Assembly (NCBI GenBank): GCA_009859145.1
Contig: VRVR01000019.1
Coordinates: forward strand, 133,290 to 197,289
DNA: 64,000 nucleotides
Reading direction: 5' to 3'
Source of the DNA: Andalucia godoyi And28
Taxonomy: Eukaryota; Protista; Jakobida
The position numbers and the translations under genes are program-made. The notes beneath the pieces are model-generated. The model had not been told where the DNA came from and made no database searches. It saw only the letters and a list, made by a program, of their open reading frames with translations. Shown here in pieces: positions 11,981 to 22,103 of this stretch (the stretch's first letter is position 1; each line of letters begins with the position of its first letter).

Positions 11981-12188
11981 CCAGTTTTATTTGCCTGCAT
12001 CACGTGATCCTTGCTCGACCTTGACAAACGATGGATAAAAGTGATCACTTATGAGTTATCAACTTGGCGAGTTTAATGTTCGTCTCGGAAGGTTTTCAGC
12101 ATTGAAATTTTTTTAAATTAAAAAATAATAATAATAGAAGTGATAGAAAAAGAAGTACTGGTAGAAAAGGTAGGTAAAGAAGGAGGAG

Positions 12189-13238
12189 ATGAAGTGGACG
12201 CTGTTGGCGGCCGATTCGGCGTGTGTTTGTCCTGCGGCGCGAGCTGGTCACTGCGTCGTGTGTGTATCATCAAGTGCATGCAGTCCTTCCTCTGATGTGA
12301 TCTTGGTGTGTGGCGGAGCGAATCGATCGGGTGTCGTGTTCAACGATGCATTTCTGTACCACTCTTTGGAAAATCGGTATACTGCATTGCCGTTCTGGAC
12401 CGATGCGATTCCAGCACGGACGTCGCACTCTGTCGTCGTTGCAGCGTCTCGGCGCCGTCATCACACGGACACTGGGAAGGACGACGACGATGATGATGGT
12501 GCAGCGATGGTGGTGTTTGTGTTTGGAGGCCACGACGTCAATGGCGCTCCTCTGTGCGATCTGTACGCGGTGAACCTGGCGACGAGCACCGTCACACGGC
12601 TCAAAGATGCACCGCAGGGCAGACACTCTCATGCAATGTGCCTGGCCTCGAGAGGCAATGAGCTTATCATCGTGGGGGGAGCGTGTTCTACGGACGGTAC
12701 TTTGGCTACGGACATTCTGTCGTATGACATTCGAGCGAACGAATGGGCCGTGGTCGCGACGAGGAACACCCCGCGAGATGCCGACGTGCGAAAGGAGATG
12801 CTGCACATCGGCGCTTTTGCAGCCGGGGCAGACGCGAAAGACAGGGACGACACAAAACGAGTCATTGTTTATGGCGGTCGGGCACAAACAACAATCTTTG
12901 GAGACGTTCGCGTTCTGGATTTCACCGGGCACGTGTCGTATTCCAATGAATATTTATTGGAGGATGGCCGATGTGCGGCAGCATACTGCGTTCGAGGCAA
13001 TGAATTGGTGGTGATAGGAGGGTTTGACGGGTCCAGCATGCGCAACGATGTCGCAGCAATCGATTCGTCCACCTTGCAATGGACATACTGGACAGACGTT
13101 CGTGGACCGCCCATTCCTGGGCGATTTGCCGCCGCCGCCACATACTGCAAAGGATCGGACTGCATCTACGTTTTTGGAGGCAGCTCGCTTGAATCAGAAC
13201 TGGCAGACTTGTGGAGGCTGCATTGTTCGGCCAAGTAG
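12189..13238 (+). CDS. Kelch-repeat beta-propeller protein (349 aa)
   Basis: Repeated kelch signatures: ARAGHC..ILVCGG, ARTSHS..FVFGG..LCDLY, GRHSHA..IIVGG, GRCAAA..VVIGGFDG, GRFAAA..YVFGG..LADLW. Confidence 0.9.
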   Translation: MKWTLLAADSACVCPAARAGHCVVCVSSSACSPSSDVILVCGGANRSGVVFNDAFLYHSLENRYTALPFWTDAIPARTSHSVVVAASRRRHHTDTGKDDDDDDGAAMVVFVFGGHDVNGAPLCDLYAVNLATSTVTRLKDAPQGRHSHAMCLASRGNELIIVGGACSTDGTLATDILSYDIRANEWAVVATRNTPRDADVRKEMLHIGAFAAGADAKDRDDTKRVIVYGGRAQTTIFGDVRVLDFTGHVSYSNEYLLEDGRCAAAYCVRGNELVVIGGFDGSSMRNDVAAIDSSTLQWTYWTDVRGPPIPGRFAAAATYCKGSDCIYVFGGSSLESELADLWRLHCSAK

Positions 13239-14070
13239 ATTTTTTTTTTTTCTTCTTCTTCCGCAGAACGCACGTGCGGCCATTCAGAAAGTACACGCCG
13301 CAGGCCGCTTTGTATTGTACACTAGCCAGGCATGCCCTGTCATATTAAAACAACATTGCCTATCTACCAAGTTACACTGCCTGGGAGAATACCCCCAAAA
13401 TGACTCGCTCCTTAGCGTTCTTAACGATTAATTAAAAAAAAAACAGCATTACGTCATGCCAGGTTTCCATTTTCGCGTCTCTCTCCATTCCGACATCCAC
13501 CCGCACCCTCCCCTCCTCTCCATCCATCTCACTCGCATCTGACACACGTAATGCATTTCTGTTGCACAAAGGGCACTGCTCGAAAAGGAGATTCTCAAAG
13601 AAATGTTGGACTTCCGAGGCTCCCAAAACCTGTCTGCTTCGCATGGAACTTGTTAACATCTCCCACAACACAACAGGCAATTAATCTTGCTTGCTCAACG
13701 TGTCCGGTGCGCGTGACAATGTGGAGAAGTTGCTTGAGAAGCAAGTCGACGATTCTTCAGGGATTCGTTAGGGACTTGCATTCGTTATCTGCAACGCGTG
13801 CTTGATTCGTGTGTTCCTTTTGGTTTTCTTTTTTTGAAGTCACAGTGTGCACGCTCACTGTTGAGCGAGTGCCAGGGACAGAGAACACATAAACACGAGG
13901 AGACCCATCGAAAATAATCAGAAAATGATTCCGAGTGTTTAATTGATTGACAACATGCAAACGTTCCGAGGTCTTTCTTGCTGAGAGGACAATAGAGGGA
14001 GGATTTATTTTTGCAGCAACATGTTCCGAGGCGACTTTTTGTTTGTAATATTATCGTTGATCTCAATTTC

Positions 14071-17000
14071 TTAAGCAATCGCAGCGAGCAACAGATCAGT
14101 GACATCACGTCGCGGTGAACGAATACTAATGTCAAGAACCGGGACGTTGGATGACTGGTCAAGAACCAACACAGCGGTCACGTCGATTGGAACGTGAGCC
14201 AGGAAAAACCCGGTCATTCTAAACTCATGTTTCTTCGTCGCAGTCTGAATGGAGGTGATCGCGTTTGCCGGAACAACACACAGACCAGCATACAGATCCC
14301 GGATTCCACGAGCAGCCTCGGCAACCGATCGCATGGACGACAGCTCCAAAGAAGCTCGTTCTTCAACCCACCCTTCCGTGTTCTTAGCGGCCTGTGCTGC
14401 AGAAGAAACGGAAGAAAACGGCGTCAAAAAGTCCCCCACAGACACCTCTAAAGCGTTTAGTGGATACTCATCGTCATCACCGTCATCATCCTCGGACGCA
14501 TCTGCGTCTTTCACTCGGAATTGCAAAGTACAAGCAATGTTCATGCTGTACGATTCGATGTCTTCGTCGACCATAGGAGAGCCAGAACCACCCGCCGCCT
14601 TGCGCAATACCACAAATGCGGAGGATCCTACAATTTGTGGATCTTCCAACAATCTTTGCTGTAATTGCACAAGAGTGCTAACCGCATGACCGTCCGCAGG
14701 AACCACGGCAGTAGACAGGAATGACGCAATTGGACTTTCATCTCCACGAAACGGCAATTGCGGAACCCGAACAAGAGACTCGACTTGCCACTTGCCATTT
14801 CCACTCGTAAAAGACGTTTGGACAGCAACATGAGCAAGCAGCAAAACATCCACAGTGTTTCGGCACACAAACTGCAAAACCAGATGTGTTCCTGAGGCTA
14901 GGACATGCTTGACAACGGCAACCTGATATTCAGTGCCCGATTCGGTGAGCAGCGACATCGCCGACGTGCACGCAACGAGCCCAAGAGAAGATAAAGCACC
15001 CGGCAGCTGGCGTTTCGCCACAAGAGCAGCAGCAACCGAAGCTGCGCCGGACGTCTGTGTCTGCGATTTCGAGCCCGCCACACCAGATCCCGCGGAGACC
15101 TGCGGGCCATTCTGAAAGCCTGCGTTCGATGCCGGACCAACTGCCACCATCTCCATGGTGACATGATCATGGAGCAAACTTCGCACATCCGTGCCATCCA
15201 AGACAGTGGCGCTCTTCTGCTCCTCCGAGAAATCCTCACCTTCTGCAAGACGCTTGCGCTGATCCAAGAGCGCCTTCTCCAAAACCCCAAGGGGAACGCG
15301 GAAGTCCTTGGTCATGGCATCTCGAAGCGCTTTACCGCTGGTGTCGTCAACAGGAATCTCATTTTCCTTTTCGGATTCCAGTTCGTTGCGCTCCCGCTGC
15401 AAGGAGCGCACTGCCTCAAGAAGCACAACTGCACGATCACGGACTTCGTCATCCGCATCAGAAAGCGCGCGCGAAAGCATGTGCACGATAGAACGTCGAA
15501 GGACAGCATCGTCGGTGGCGAGTGCAAACTTCCCAAGAGCAGACATTGCGGCTGCTCGAACTGAGGCATTTTCGAGGATCAGTCTGTTGTACATGTATCG
15601 GACAAAACGGGACGGCTGAGGAGCGTGTGGCGCTTCGCGACCCAAGACATGCAGCACTTGTTGCGACAGGAGAGGATACTCGCAATCTTCTATGAATTCA
15701 CAAAGAACCAGCAGTGCTCTTTCTAGAAGACTGTTCGAATCCGTTTGCGGTGACTGACCGCCGTTGTTTTGTAACGCATCCTGCTGCGCCTGTATTTGTG
15801 CAGCAGATTCTCTCTCAAGAACATCCAAAATCGTATCGACGATCGCTCTCTTGTATTCGAAGCCGCCTTCATCGTGCAGAAAGCCAGCGAGGAAAGAGAT
15901 GACAGCACGAGCACGGGCAGGCTGTCTGGAAACAAGTTCCCGCAATGCATGCACAACGACAAGTCGGAACTCGTCAGACAAATCGCCAATGAGATGGGCC
16001 ATTTGAGCCAACAGACGATCAAGTTGACCCTCTGACGCTCCAGCCCCGCCACCAATCTTCAACAGCGTGGTAACTGCGAAAGTGGCGATAGAACGGTTCG
16101 GATCGTGAACGAGCTGCTCCATGTCCGAAGCACACGATGCTTGTACTGCAGACGGATATCGAAGCGCTGCCGCTTCGAGGGTGCGAATAGCCGCAAAACG
16201 AAGCACTGGCCGGCCAGATGACAGAAACAGCTGTAGCACGGTTAGTGCAGCGGTCAGTTCACGGGGAGACACATTTGGCAGAGTTGTGATCGCCCGTGCG
16301 GCCTCCAGAGACACCATTTCGCTCTTTGACCTGAGGGACGAGTCCAGATAGGTCATGAGCTCACGGATTGTCGCGTTGTTCGACGACATCGACAGAACTT
16401 CAGATGCAGTATTGCCTACACTGAACACTGGTGCAAATGAAGGGGAAGACGACGACGATGACAGAATATGCAGAGGTGGGATTGAAGGATTTTGAGAAGC
16501 GGCAAGGATCCACTGTCCCGAGCCAGACGACGTAGCCAACGCAGACGAACCAGACGCAAGAATGTGCAACTGCTGCGCAACATACCTAATGAGAATGATA
16601 TGCGCAACCGGAGAGCGCACAGTGCGAACAGCTTGCGAGACCATCTTTTGCACTCCCATTCGATCTGGAGACTTGATGGACTGCAGCAATGCGAGTGCAT
16701 GGTACTGCACCATTTGGCCTGAGCGGGCTGTTGAACTCGAGGAAGATGACGAAGAGCCGGATGCAGAAGAGGAGGAAACGGACGACGAAGACGACGGGAG
16801 AGCAGCTTCTTGGACTTCTCCGATCCATCGCCGAACAATATCGGGACCACCTGACGCAGACGCCATGAGCTTCATGCCTGAAACAAGTGCGGCAGACGCA
16901 ACAAGTGCGGATCGATCCACAACAGCCTGTTTCATGTACCGTTCTATGGGACCGAGCATGGACGGGTCAGCAATCTGCATCAAAGTTCGAATAGCAGCAG

Positions 17001-17421
17001 CACGATAAATTTCGTTCTTCCCGTTGACATCTTTTGCCAAAGAGTTGACCGAGATGAGGATGTCCTCTGCAAACGGTGCAAGTTCCTTGAGAATGATGTA
17101 TAAAAGACGCCTGAGGACAATATCGTGTGACTGGAACAGCTTCACAGCGTTGAAGAACACCTGCGTCGCTTCAGAGCGAGTAATATGCTGGTCGCCTTGC
17201 GCAAAGAGATAGAGCAATTTGGACAGAACTTCGCGGCACGTTGACGTTGACAGCGGCGTGTCATTGAAATGACGGGACTGTTGAATCACTGCAGATTTGT
17301 CCAAATTGGTGAACGGCAACGGCTCATTATCGCCATCATCGTCTCGATCACGGTCTCGATCGCGCTCACGGTCGCGCTCCCGGTCACGCTTGGACCCAGC
17401 ACCCGTATGTGATGACGACAT
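14071..17421 (-). CDS. COPG: Coatomer subunit gamma (1116 aa)
   Basis: NLDKSAVIQQSRHFNDTPL, EATQVFFNAVKLFQSHDIVLRRLLY, YEYK-like GGFEYKRAIVD, CEFIEDCEY, YNRLILENASVRAAA, EVRDRA, ESGTEYQV are gamma-COP hallmarks. The likely start is ATG 17421 (MSSSHT); the upstream in-frame extension is T-rich UTR-like sequence. Confidence 0.95.
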   Translation of the reverse strand: MSSSHTGAGSKRDRERDRERDRDRDRDDDGDNEPLPFTNLDKSAVIQQSRHFNDTPLSTSTCREVLSKLLYLFAQGDQHITRSEATQVFFNAVKLFQSHDIVLRRLLYIILKELAPFAEDILISVNSLAKDVNGKNEIYRAAAIRTLMQIADPSMLGPIERYMKQAVVDRSALVASAALVSGMKLMASASGGPDIVRRWIGEVQEAALPSSSSSVSSSSASGSSSSSSSSTARSGQMVQYHALALLQSIKSPDRMGVQKMVSQAVRTVRSPVAHIILIRYVAQQLHILASGSSALATSSGSGQWILAASQNPSIPPLHILSSSSSSPSFAPVFSVGNTASEVLSMSSNNATIRELMTYLDSSLRSKSEMVSLEAARAITTLPNVSPRELTAALTVLQLFLSSGRPVLRFAAIRTLEAAALRYPSAVQASCASDMEQLVHDPNRSIATFAVTTLLKIGGGAGASEGQLDRLLAQMAHLIGDLSDEFRLVVVHALRELVSRQPARARAVISFLAGFLHDEGGFEYKRAIVDTILDVLERESAAQIQAQQDALQNNGGQSPQTDSNSLLERALLVLCEFIEDCEYPLLSQQVLHVLGREAPHAPQPSRFVRYMYNRLILENASVRAAAMSALGKFALATDDAVLRRSIVHMLSRALSDADDEVRDRAVVLLEAVRSLQRERNELESEKENEIPVDDTSGKALRDAMTKDFRVPLGVLEKALLDQRKRLAEGEDFSEEQKSATVLDGTDVRSLLHDHVTMEMVAVGPASNAGFQNGPQVSAGSGVAGSKSQTQTSGAASVAAALVAKRQLPGALSSLGLVACTSAMSLLTESGTEYQVAVVKHVLASGTHLVLQFVCRNTVDVLLLAHVAVQTSFTSGNGKWQVESLVRVPQLPFRGDESPIASFLSTAVVPADGHAVSTLVQLQQRLLEDPQIVGSSAFVVLRKAAGGSGSPMVDEDIESYSMNIACTLQFRVKDADASEDDDGDDDEYPLNALEVSVGDFLTPFSSVSSAAQAAKNTEGWVEERASLELSSMRSVAEAARGIRDLYAGLCVVPANAITSIQTATKKHEFRMTGFFLAHVPIDVTAVLVLDQSSNVPVLDISIRSPRRDVTDLLLAAIA

Positions 17422-18037
17422 GGAACTCTGAGGAAGCGCAGGAAGAACGATAAGCAGCAAGAAACACAACCAGAAGCAAGGAGAAGAATGAAGGAATGAA
17501 GCAAAGAGGGAATGAAGCAAAAAGAGGGAAAATAAAAGAAAACAAATCCCATATAAAATATATAAAAGAAAAATGCACACTTTGCTAATCGAGTAAATGG
17601 AGGCTACGCAGGAAAAGGGAAATGGTACAGTATTTCCCTCGTCATTTTGTGTGTCATTGCCCAACAGAGTCAAATGCGTTGTGCTGACAAATTCAAGTGT
17701 CAGCCTTTTTTGAATTTTATTTGAGCCTTCAGAAAAAGTCAGCCGGGGGGGGGGGGTTCACTCGAGGGGTGTCTTCTTTGTGCCTTCAAGCTGTAGATGC
17801 CGCTGTCGATCGCGTGTCTGCTGCCTGTTTCTCCCCACCCCTTTGCGCGCAAGCCCTCAAGCAAGCAGAAATCCGTGGGCCAGCGATAAAAAAAATATAA
17901 TAAAATAGAGTCTCAAAGAAAACAACAAAACATCAATTTAAAAAAAAGGGGGGAAAAAAGGAAACAGATTTACAAGGGAAGAAGGAAGGAGGACCACACC
18001 GCATCAAACCCAGATCAATAAGAAAAGGGCAAATCGA

Positions 18038-18526
18038 TCAAGACTGGAAAGCCCATCGATACTCTTCGCGCAGCCGGGCTTCTTCTTCCGGGGAGAAATC
18101 ATTCTCAATGTTGAATCGTTGTCTGATTTCCTCTGGAGTCTTGTTTTTGAGAAGAGTCGCGATCTTGGCGCAGGTGAGATCCAGAAGAGGATCAATCGTC
18201 AAATAGTTGGCACCGAGGACAGTCCGGAACAGGGTTTCATCATCCACATTCACAAATTCGCGATCAAAGTCGCCAACGACATCGTCCACGGTCGTCCGCA
18301 ACGGCTTCTCAATTTCAGGCATGGGGTTGTCTGCATGATACTCCATGAAACTGATGATTCGCGGAAGAACAGAAGAAGCAACTTCCGTCACCGGAATCGG
18401 CTCCACTTCTCCATCTTCCGGCAGCTCCTCCAGCAGTCCTCGAAGAAGCTCCGACATCAAGCATGCTTTGCGCGTTGTTTCAAAAGACTTTCCATCAGAA
18501 GTCGTCAGCACAATTTTTTGCGACAT
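18038..18526 (-). CDS. SKP1: SKP1, SCF ubiquitin ligase adaptor (162 aa)
   Basis: IVLTTSDGKSF, GANYLTIDPLLDLTCAKIATLLKNKTPEEIRQRFNIENDFSPEEEARLREEYRWAF. Start taken at ATG 18526 (MSQK). Confidence 0.97.
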   Translation of the reverse strand: MSQKIVLTTSDGKSFETTRKACLMSELLRGLLEELPEDGEVEPIPVTEVASSVLPRIISFMEYHADNPMPEIEKPLRTTVDDVVGDFDREFVNVDDETLFRTVLGANYLTIDPLLDLTCAKIATLLKNKTPEEIRQRFNIENDFSPEEEARLREEYRWAFQS

Positions 18527-19041
18527 TTCAAAGGGTGATTCACTTGCAAGTTGAGAAGCGTGAGAATAATAATGATAATAAGAAGCGCAGGCAGTAGCAC
18601 TTGTAGTAGTAGCAACAACAACGGCAACAACGGCAACAACGGCAGCAGTTATAATAAATGGAATAAATATAGCCAATGATGGTGGTTTGAAAAATACAAA
18701 ACCAAAAGGCAAAGGTCAAGCATCCAGAGCAGATCAAGGCAGGAATTGACAACGTGGGACAACAAGAGACTTGAGACTTGAGACGCGCAGCAAACAAATA
18801 ATAATAAAAATAAAGGAAAAGACAGAATAATGATTTTTGTGTATTTTTTTTTCTCTTGAATTCATCCACAGGCAAAGCCCGCTCGTCAGCACAAGAAAGA
18901 AGAAGGAAACCATGATACAGAAAGACAAAACAAACGCAAAAGAAAAATGAAGCTCTAGAACCAATGCATGCCAAAGCAACACTCTCACATAGACCGCCAC
19001 AGAAGGAGAGCCTCCGATGCGTCCACATGTAAGCAGATGCT

Positions 19042-19845
19042 TTACTTCTTGGACTGCTTCGCAGCATCGACGGCCTTGGCAAGGTCGTCTGACTGTTTCT
19101 TGGCGCGGCGCTCGTTGCGGGCGGTACGCTTGCTGCGTTCCTGGAGCTTCTTTGCCTGGATGGCGTCTGCTTCCTCCTGGAGCTGGCGAACCTTGGCGTT
19201 CTCGGCCTTCTCCTTGAAGATGTGCTCCATCAAGTTACGCTTGTTCTTGAAGACGTTACCCTTGGACTTCATGTACAGGTCGTGGTACATGTGCTTGTCG
19301 ATCTTACCGGAGGCACGGTACTTCTTCAACAAGCGGCGGAGAACACGAAGGCGGCGCATCCAGAGAACCTTCTCGGGCATACGAGCGTTGGCAGTACCAT
19401 GGCGCTTTCCGGCACCAGTGTGACGACCCTTCTGCTTGGCAAGGAGGCGCAGGCGCGTGCGGGCACGGGAGTGCATTTCAACCGGACGACGGATGATCAG
19501 GTTGGACTTGATCAGCTTGCGAACACCGGAGCCTGGGAAGCGACGACAACAGAAAAGAAAAATAAGAAAGGCGGAGTGAGCACATCATCTGACAATCCAT
19601 AAACAACGCAAGGGAAAAAAAAGACAGTTGCTGCAATCGATAGACGAGCATTGGCAAACGTGCTTTTGCCATCCATCATCTCAATCTGGCCAACGCATAA
19701 CAAGCAGTCACAATGAAAAACAAGGATACATACGAGAGTTGACAGTTCCAATCTCTGCAATCTCTGTCGGGTCCATCCAAACACGGCGCTGTCCGCATCC
19801 GAGGACTGCGGCGGCCAATCTCTTCTGAAGGGCGAGCGACACCAT
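19042..19845 (-). CDS. RPL19: 60S ribosomal protein L19 (eL19), two exons: 19734-19845 and 19042-19532 (200 aa)
   Basis: Exon 1 reads [38 protein letters not shown] 201-nt phase-1 intron (19533-19733) has GTATGT...GCTCAC...CCCAG. Exon 2 reads (R)[24 protein letters not shown]...[20 protein letters not shown]. The joined CDS is 603 nt and in frame. Confidence 0.97.
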
Positions 19846-20536
19846 TTTTTCCTAGCAAGCAAAAGTAAGTTACTGCACCAACAACACTACAAACCTGGAA
19901 GCAAGAACACAGAATAAACACATACCGATCTATTGGATATAAGCACGCGAAGAAGTGAAAAGAACGAAAAAAGAAAACCAAAAACAATTCTCCAATGTCG
20001 AAATGACGCAAATGAACTCGGTCGAAGGAACGGAAGAAAGCCTTTTGGACGTGCTAGGGTTTTGCCAACCTGCAAAAGATGAGATCCTCTGCCGGATCTA
20101 GGGCTTTTTTTATTACTCTAATCACTTTTTATGTTTTTTTTTTGTTATCGGCTAAATAAAAAAAATTAGTTGATTCCCCATCTCTCTCTCGCCAGAGGAG
20201 GGGCTTGCATCAACCTCCCCTGCGGTTTGTAGCAAAGTGATGCTTCTCAGACTTTGTTCGGGTCCTCAAGAAAGCTTTTGGATTTGTGCAGCGATCAATC
20301 ACGTGACACAAACAGACTGGCAGACACGTGTGACGGCGGATTCATGAGAAATCGTTTTTGCAAAAGAAGGCTTTTCCCTCTTGGCTCCTTTCTTTCTTCC
20401 GTCACTTCTTCGTCCTTTATATTTTCTCTTTCATATTTTCTCCAGTCTCGTCTTTTTAAAAATTCTTTTGACATTTTTTTGATACTTTTGATATCTCCGT
20501 CTTTTTTCTTTTCACTTCAGCTTTTGATTCATCATC

Positions 20537-20752
20537 ATGTCGCACGGAGCAGCGATTGCGCGTAAGCGGAACACCAAGTTCAATGTCTACAAGGGGAAGA
20601 AGCCGTCCTCCGAGGTTGAGACCAAGAAGAAGAGCGTGTCGTACGGACCGTGGGTCATCGGCCTGATTGTGTTCTTGGTGTTTGGCTCAGCCGTTGTGCA
20701 GATCCTCCGCACAGCGTCCATCGGATCGCAATCGCAAGCCGCTGAAGAGTAA
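20537..20752 (+). CDS. SERP1: RAMP4/SERP1 stress-associated ER translocon protein (71 aa)
   Basis: Basic N-terminus followed by SYGPWVIGLIVFLVFGSAVVQIL, similar to RAMP4 [23 protein letters not shown]. Confidence 0.88.
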   Translation: MSHGAAIARKRNTKFNVYKGKKPSSEVETKKKSVSYGPWVIGLIVFLVFGSAVVQILRTASIGSQSQAAEE

Positions 20753-21125
20753 AGGTGGTTTCCTCCTTCCCCGCCCACCGTTCCACCTAGGAGTTAGACC
20801 GTAGAGCGTGGGATGCATCCGTCTGTTTTTCACGTGCATGTCTGCAATTCGGATTCCCACCTTCCTGTCAATGCCCCCCGTTTATTATCATTATTTCTCC
20901 AGTCTGTTTTGTTTGCTTGGTTTTTTGTTTTGTTGAACTACCACGATCGCAGCGTGGCCTCGATCTCTCTTTCAGTCTTTTTGTTGTGTTTTTTTGCGTT
21001 CATGTACACAGGTAGTAAAAAGAAAGGAATGTTTGCATCCCCCCGTCTTCGCGAAGAACCGCACTGACTCCCGCCGCGTGTTCCCATCCCCTCTTCTTTG
21101 TTGGCAGACTTGGAAGTCGGAGGGA

Positions 21126-21635
21126 TCATTGGCGTGTGGACGGGGCGAGGAACAGCAGAGCCGCAACTGCGCGGTCTTCCTGATTGAGTATGTTGAAAGT
21201 GGCGCAAGCGGCAGTGATTTCCTGGATCTCGACTGCGATACCGGCGTGCTTCATCTGATCCAAAAACGGCACCAACTGTGACTGAATGGTCGCCGGCACG
21301 TCTTTCCCGATGCCGCACGGACCCGCGGATGTGGTTTGCACAGACACAGATGACGGATGGTTGTGCAAGCCCACGAGAAGGATTTCCGGACGTGGATCCA
21401 AATTCAAGATGGGAACTGCGATTTGCAAAGCAGTCGATTCCGAATTCACAACATGTGCATGGCGTGGAAGACAAAGCACGCGCTTCTCGAGAATCAGAAA
21501 GTCGTTCACAAGCAACCCGGTGGACGTAAGACCTGCAATCTGGATCTTTGCAGTCTCGTTTGCTATCAAATTCAGATCGTCGAAATACCGGCTTGAAGAC
21601 CGCAGCATCCCGTGCAACACGCGTCGACTCAGCAT
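21126..21635 (-). CDS. NDUFAF3: NDUFAF3/Mth938-domain complex I assembly factor with a mitochondrial-presequence-like N-terminus
   Basis: PRPEILLVG and GIAVEIQEITAACATFNILNQEDRAVAALL are Mth938/DUF498 motifs. N-terminus MLSRRVLHGMLRSSSR is Arg/Ser-rich and lacks acidic residues. Confidence 0.88.
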   Translation of the reverse strand: MLSRRVLHGMLRSSSRYFDDLNLIANETAKIQIAGLTSTGLLVNDFLILEKRVLCLPRHAHVVNSESTALQIAVPILNLDPRPEILLVGLHNHPSSVSVQTTSAGPCGIGKDVPATIQSQLVPFLDQMKHAGIAVEIQEITAACATFNILNQEDRAVAALLFLAPSTRQ

Positions 21636-22103
21636 TTCCCGGCCTCCTTTCCCCCCGTTTTTTTCCTTTTTCTTTTTCTTTTCCCCTCTTATTCTTTTCC
21701 CCTTCTTCCTTGCTCCTCGCCACCCATGAAGAATCTCTAGGGGTTTTATTCAAAACACTCACGACACTCACAGCACTCAGAGAGAGCACTCAGAGAGAGC
21801 ACTCAAAACACTCTCAACAACTCCAAAACATAAAGCAGCAGAAAACCCAGGCCCGCCGGACCTTCCCTCCAATGACGACCGCCAACACATTCCTCTCTCT
21901 TCTTCTGTGTGTGCGGTGGTGCGTACCATTTTATAATCCAGATTCATTGATGCTTTCCTCTCCTGGAAAAGGACCTCGCAATCTTTGTACGTTATGTGAC
22001 TGCAGCAACGGCGACCAATCAAGCAGTCAACCAGTCAAGAAAGACGCGGATCAAAGAAAAGAAAAGGAACAACAGCAGCAACAACTGCTGGTAAAGAAGA
22101 AGC

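Noticed and set aside
13540-13640. RNase P/MRP CR-I and CR-V-like words on the minus strand (GGAAGTCC ... ACAGAAATG)
   Set aside because: Only ~50 nt apart and no convincing P4 pairing.
17422-17673. N-terminal extensions in the ORF track for COPG (also SKP1, GPN1, SNF4, GH43, PDE)
   Set aside because: Low-complexity or T-rich UTR-like sequence upstream of where family homology or the targeting signal begins; downstream ATGs were used.
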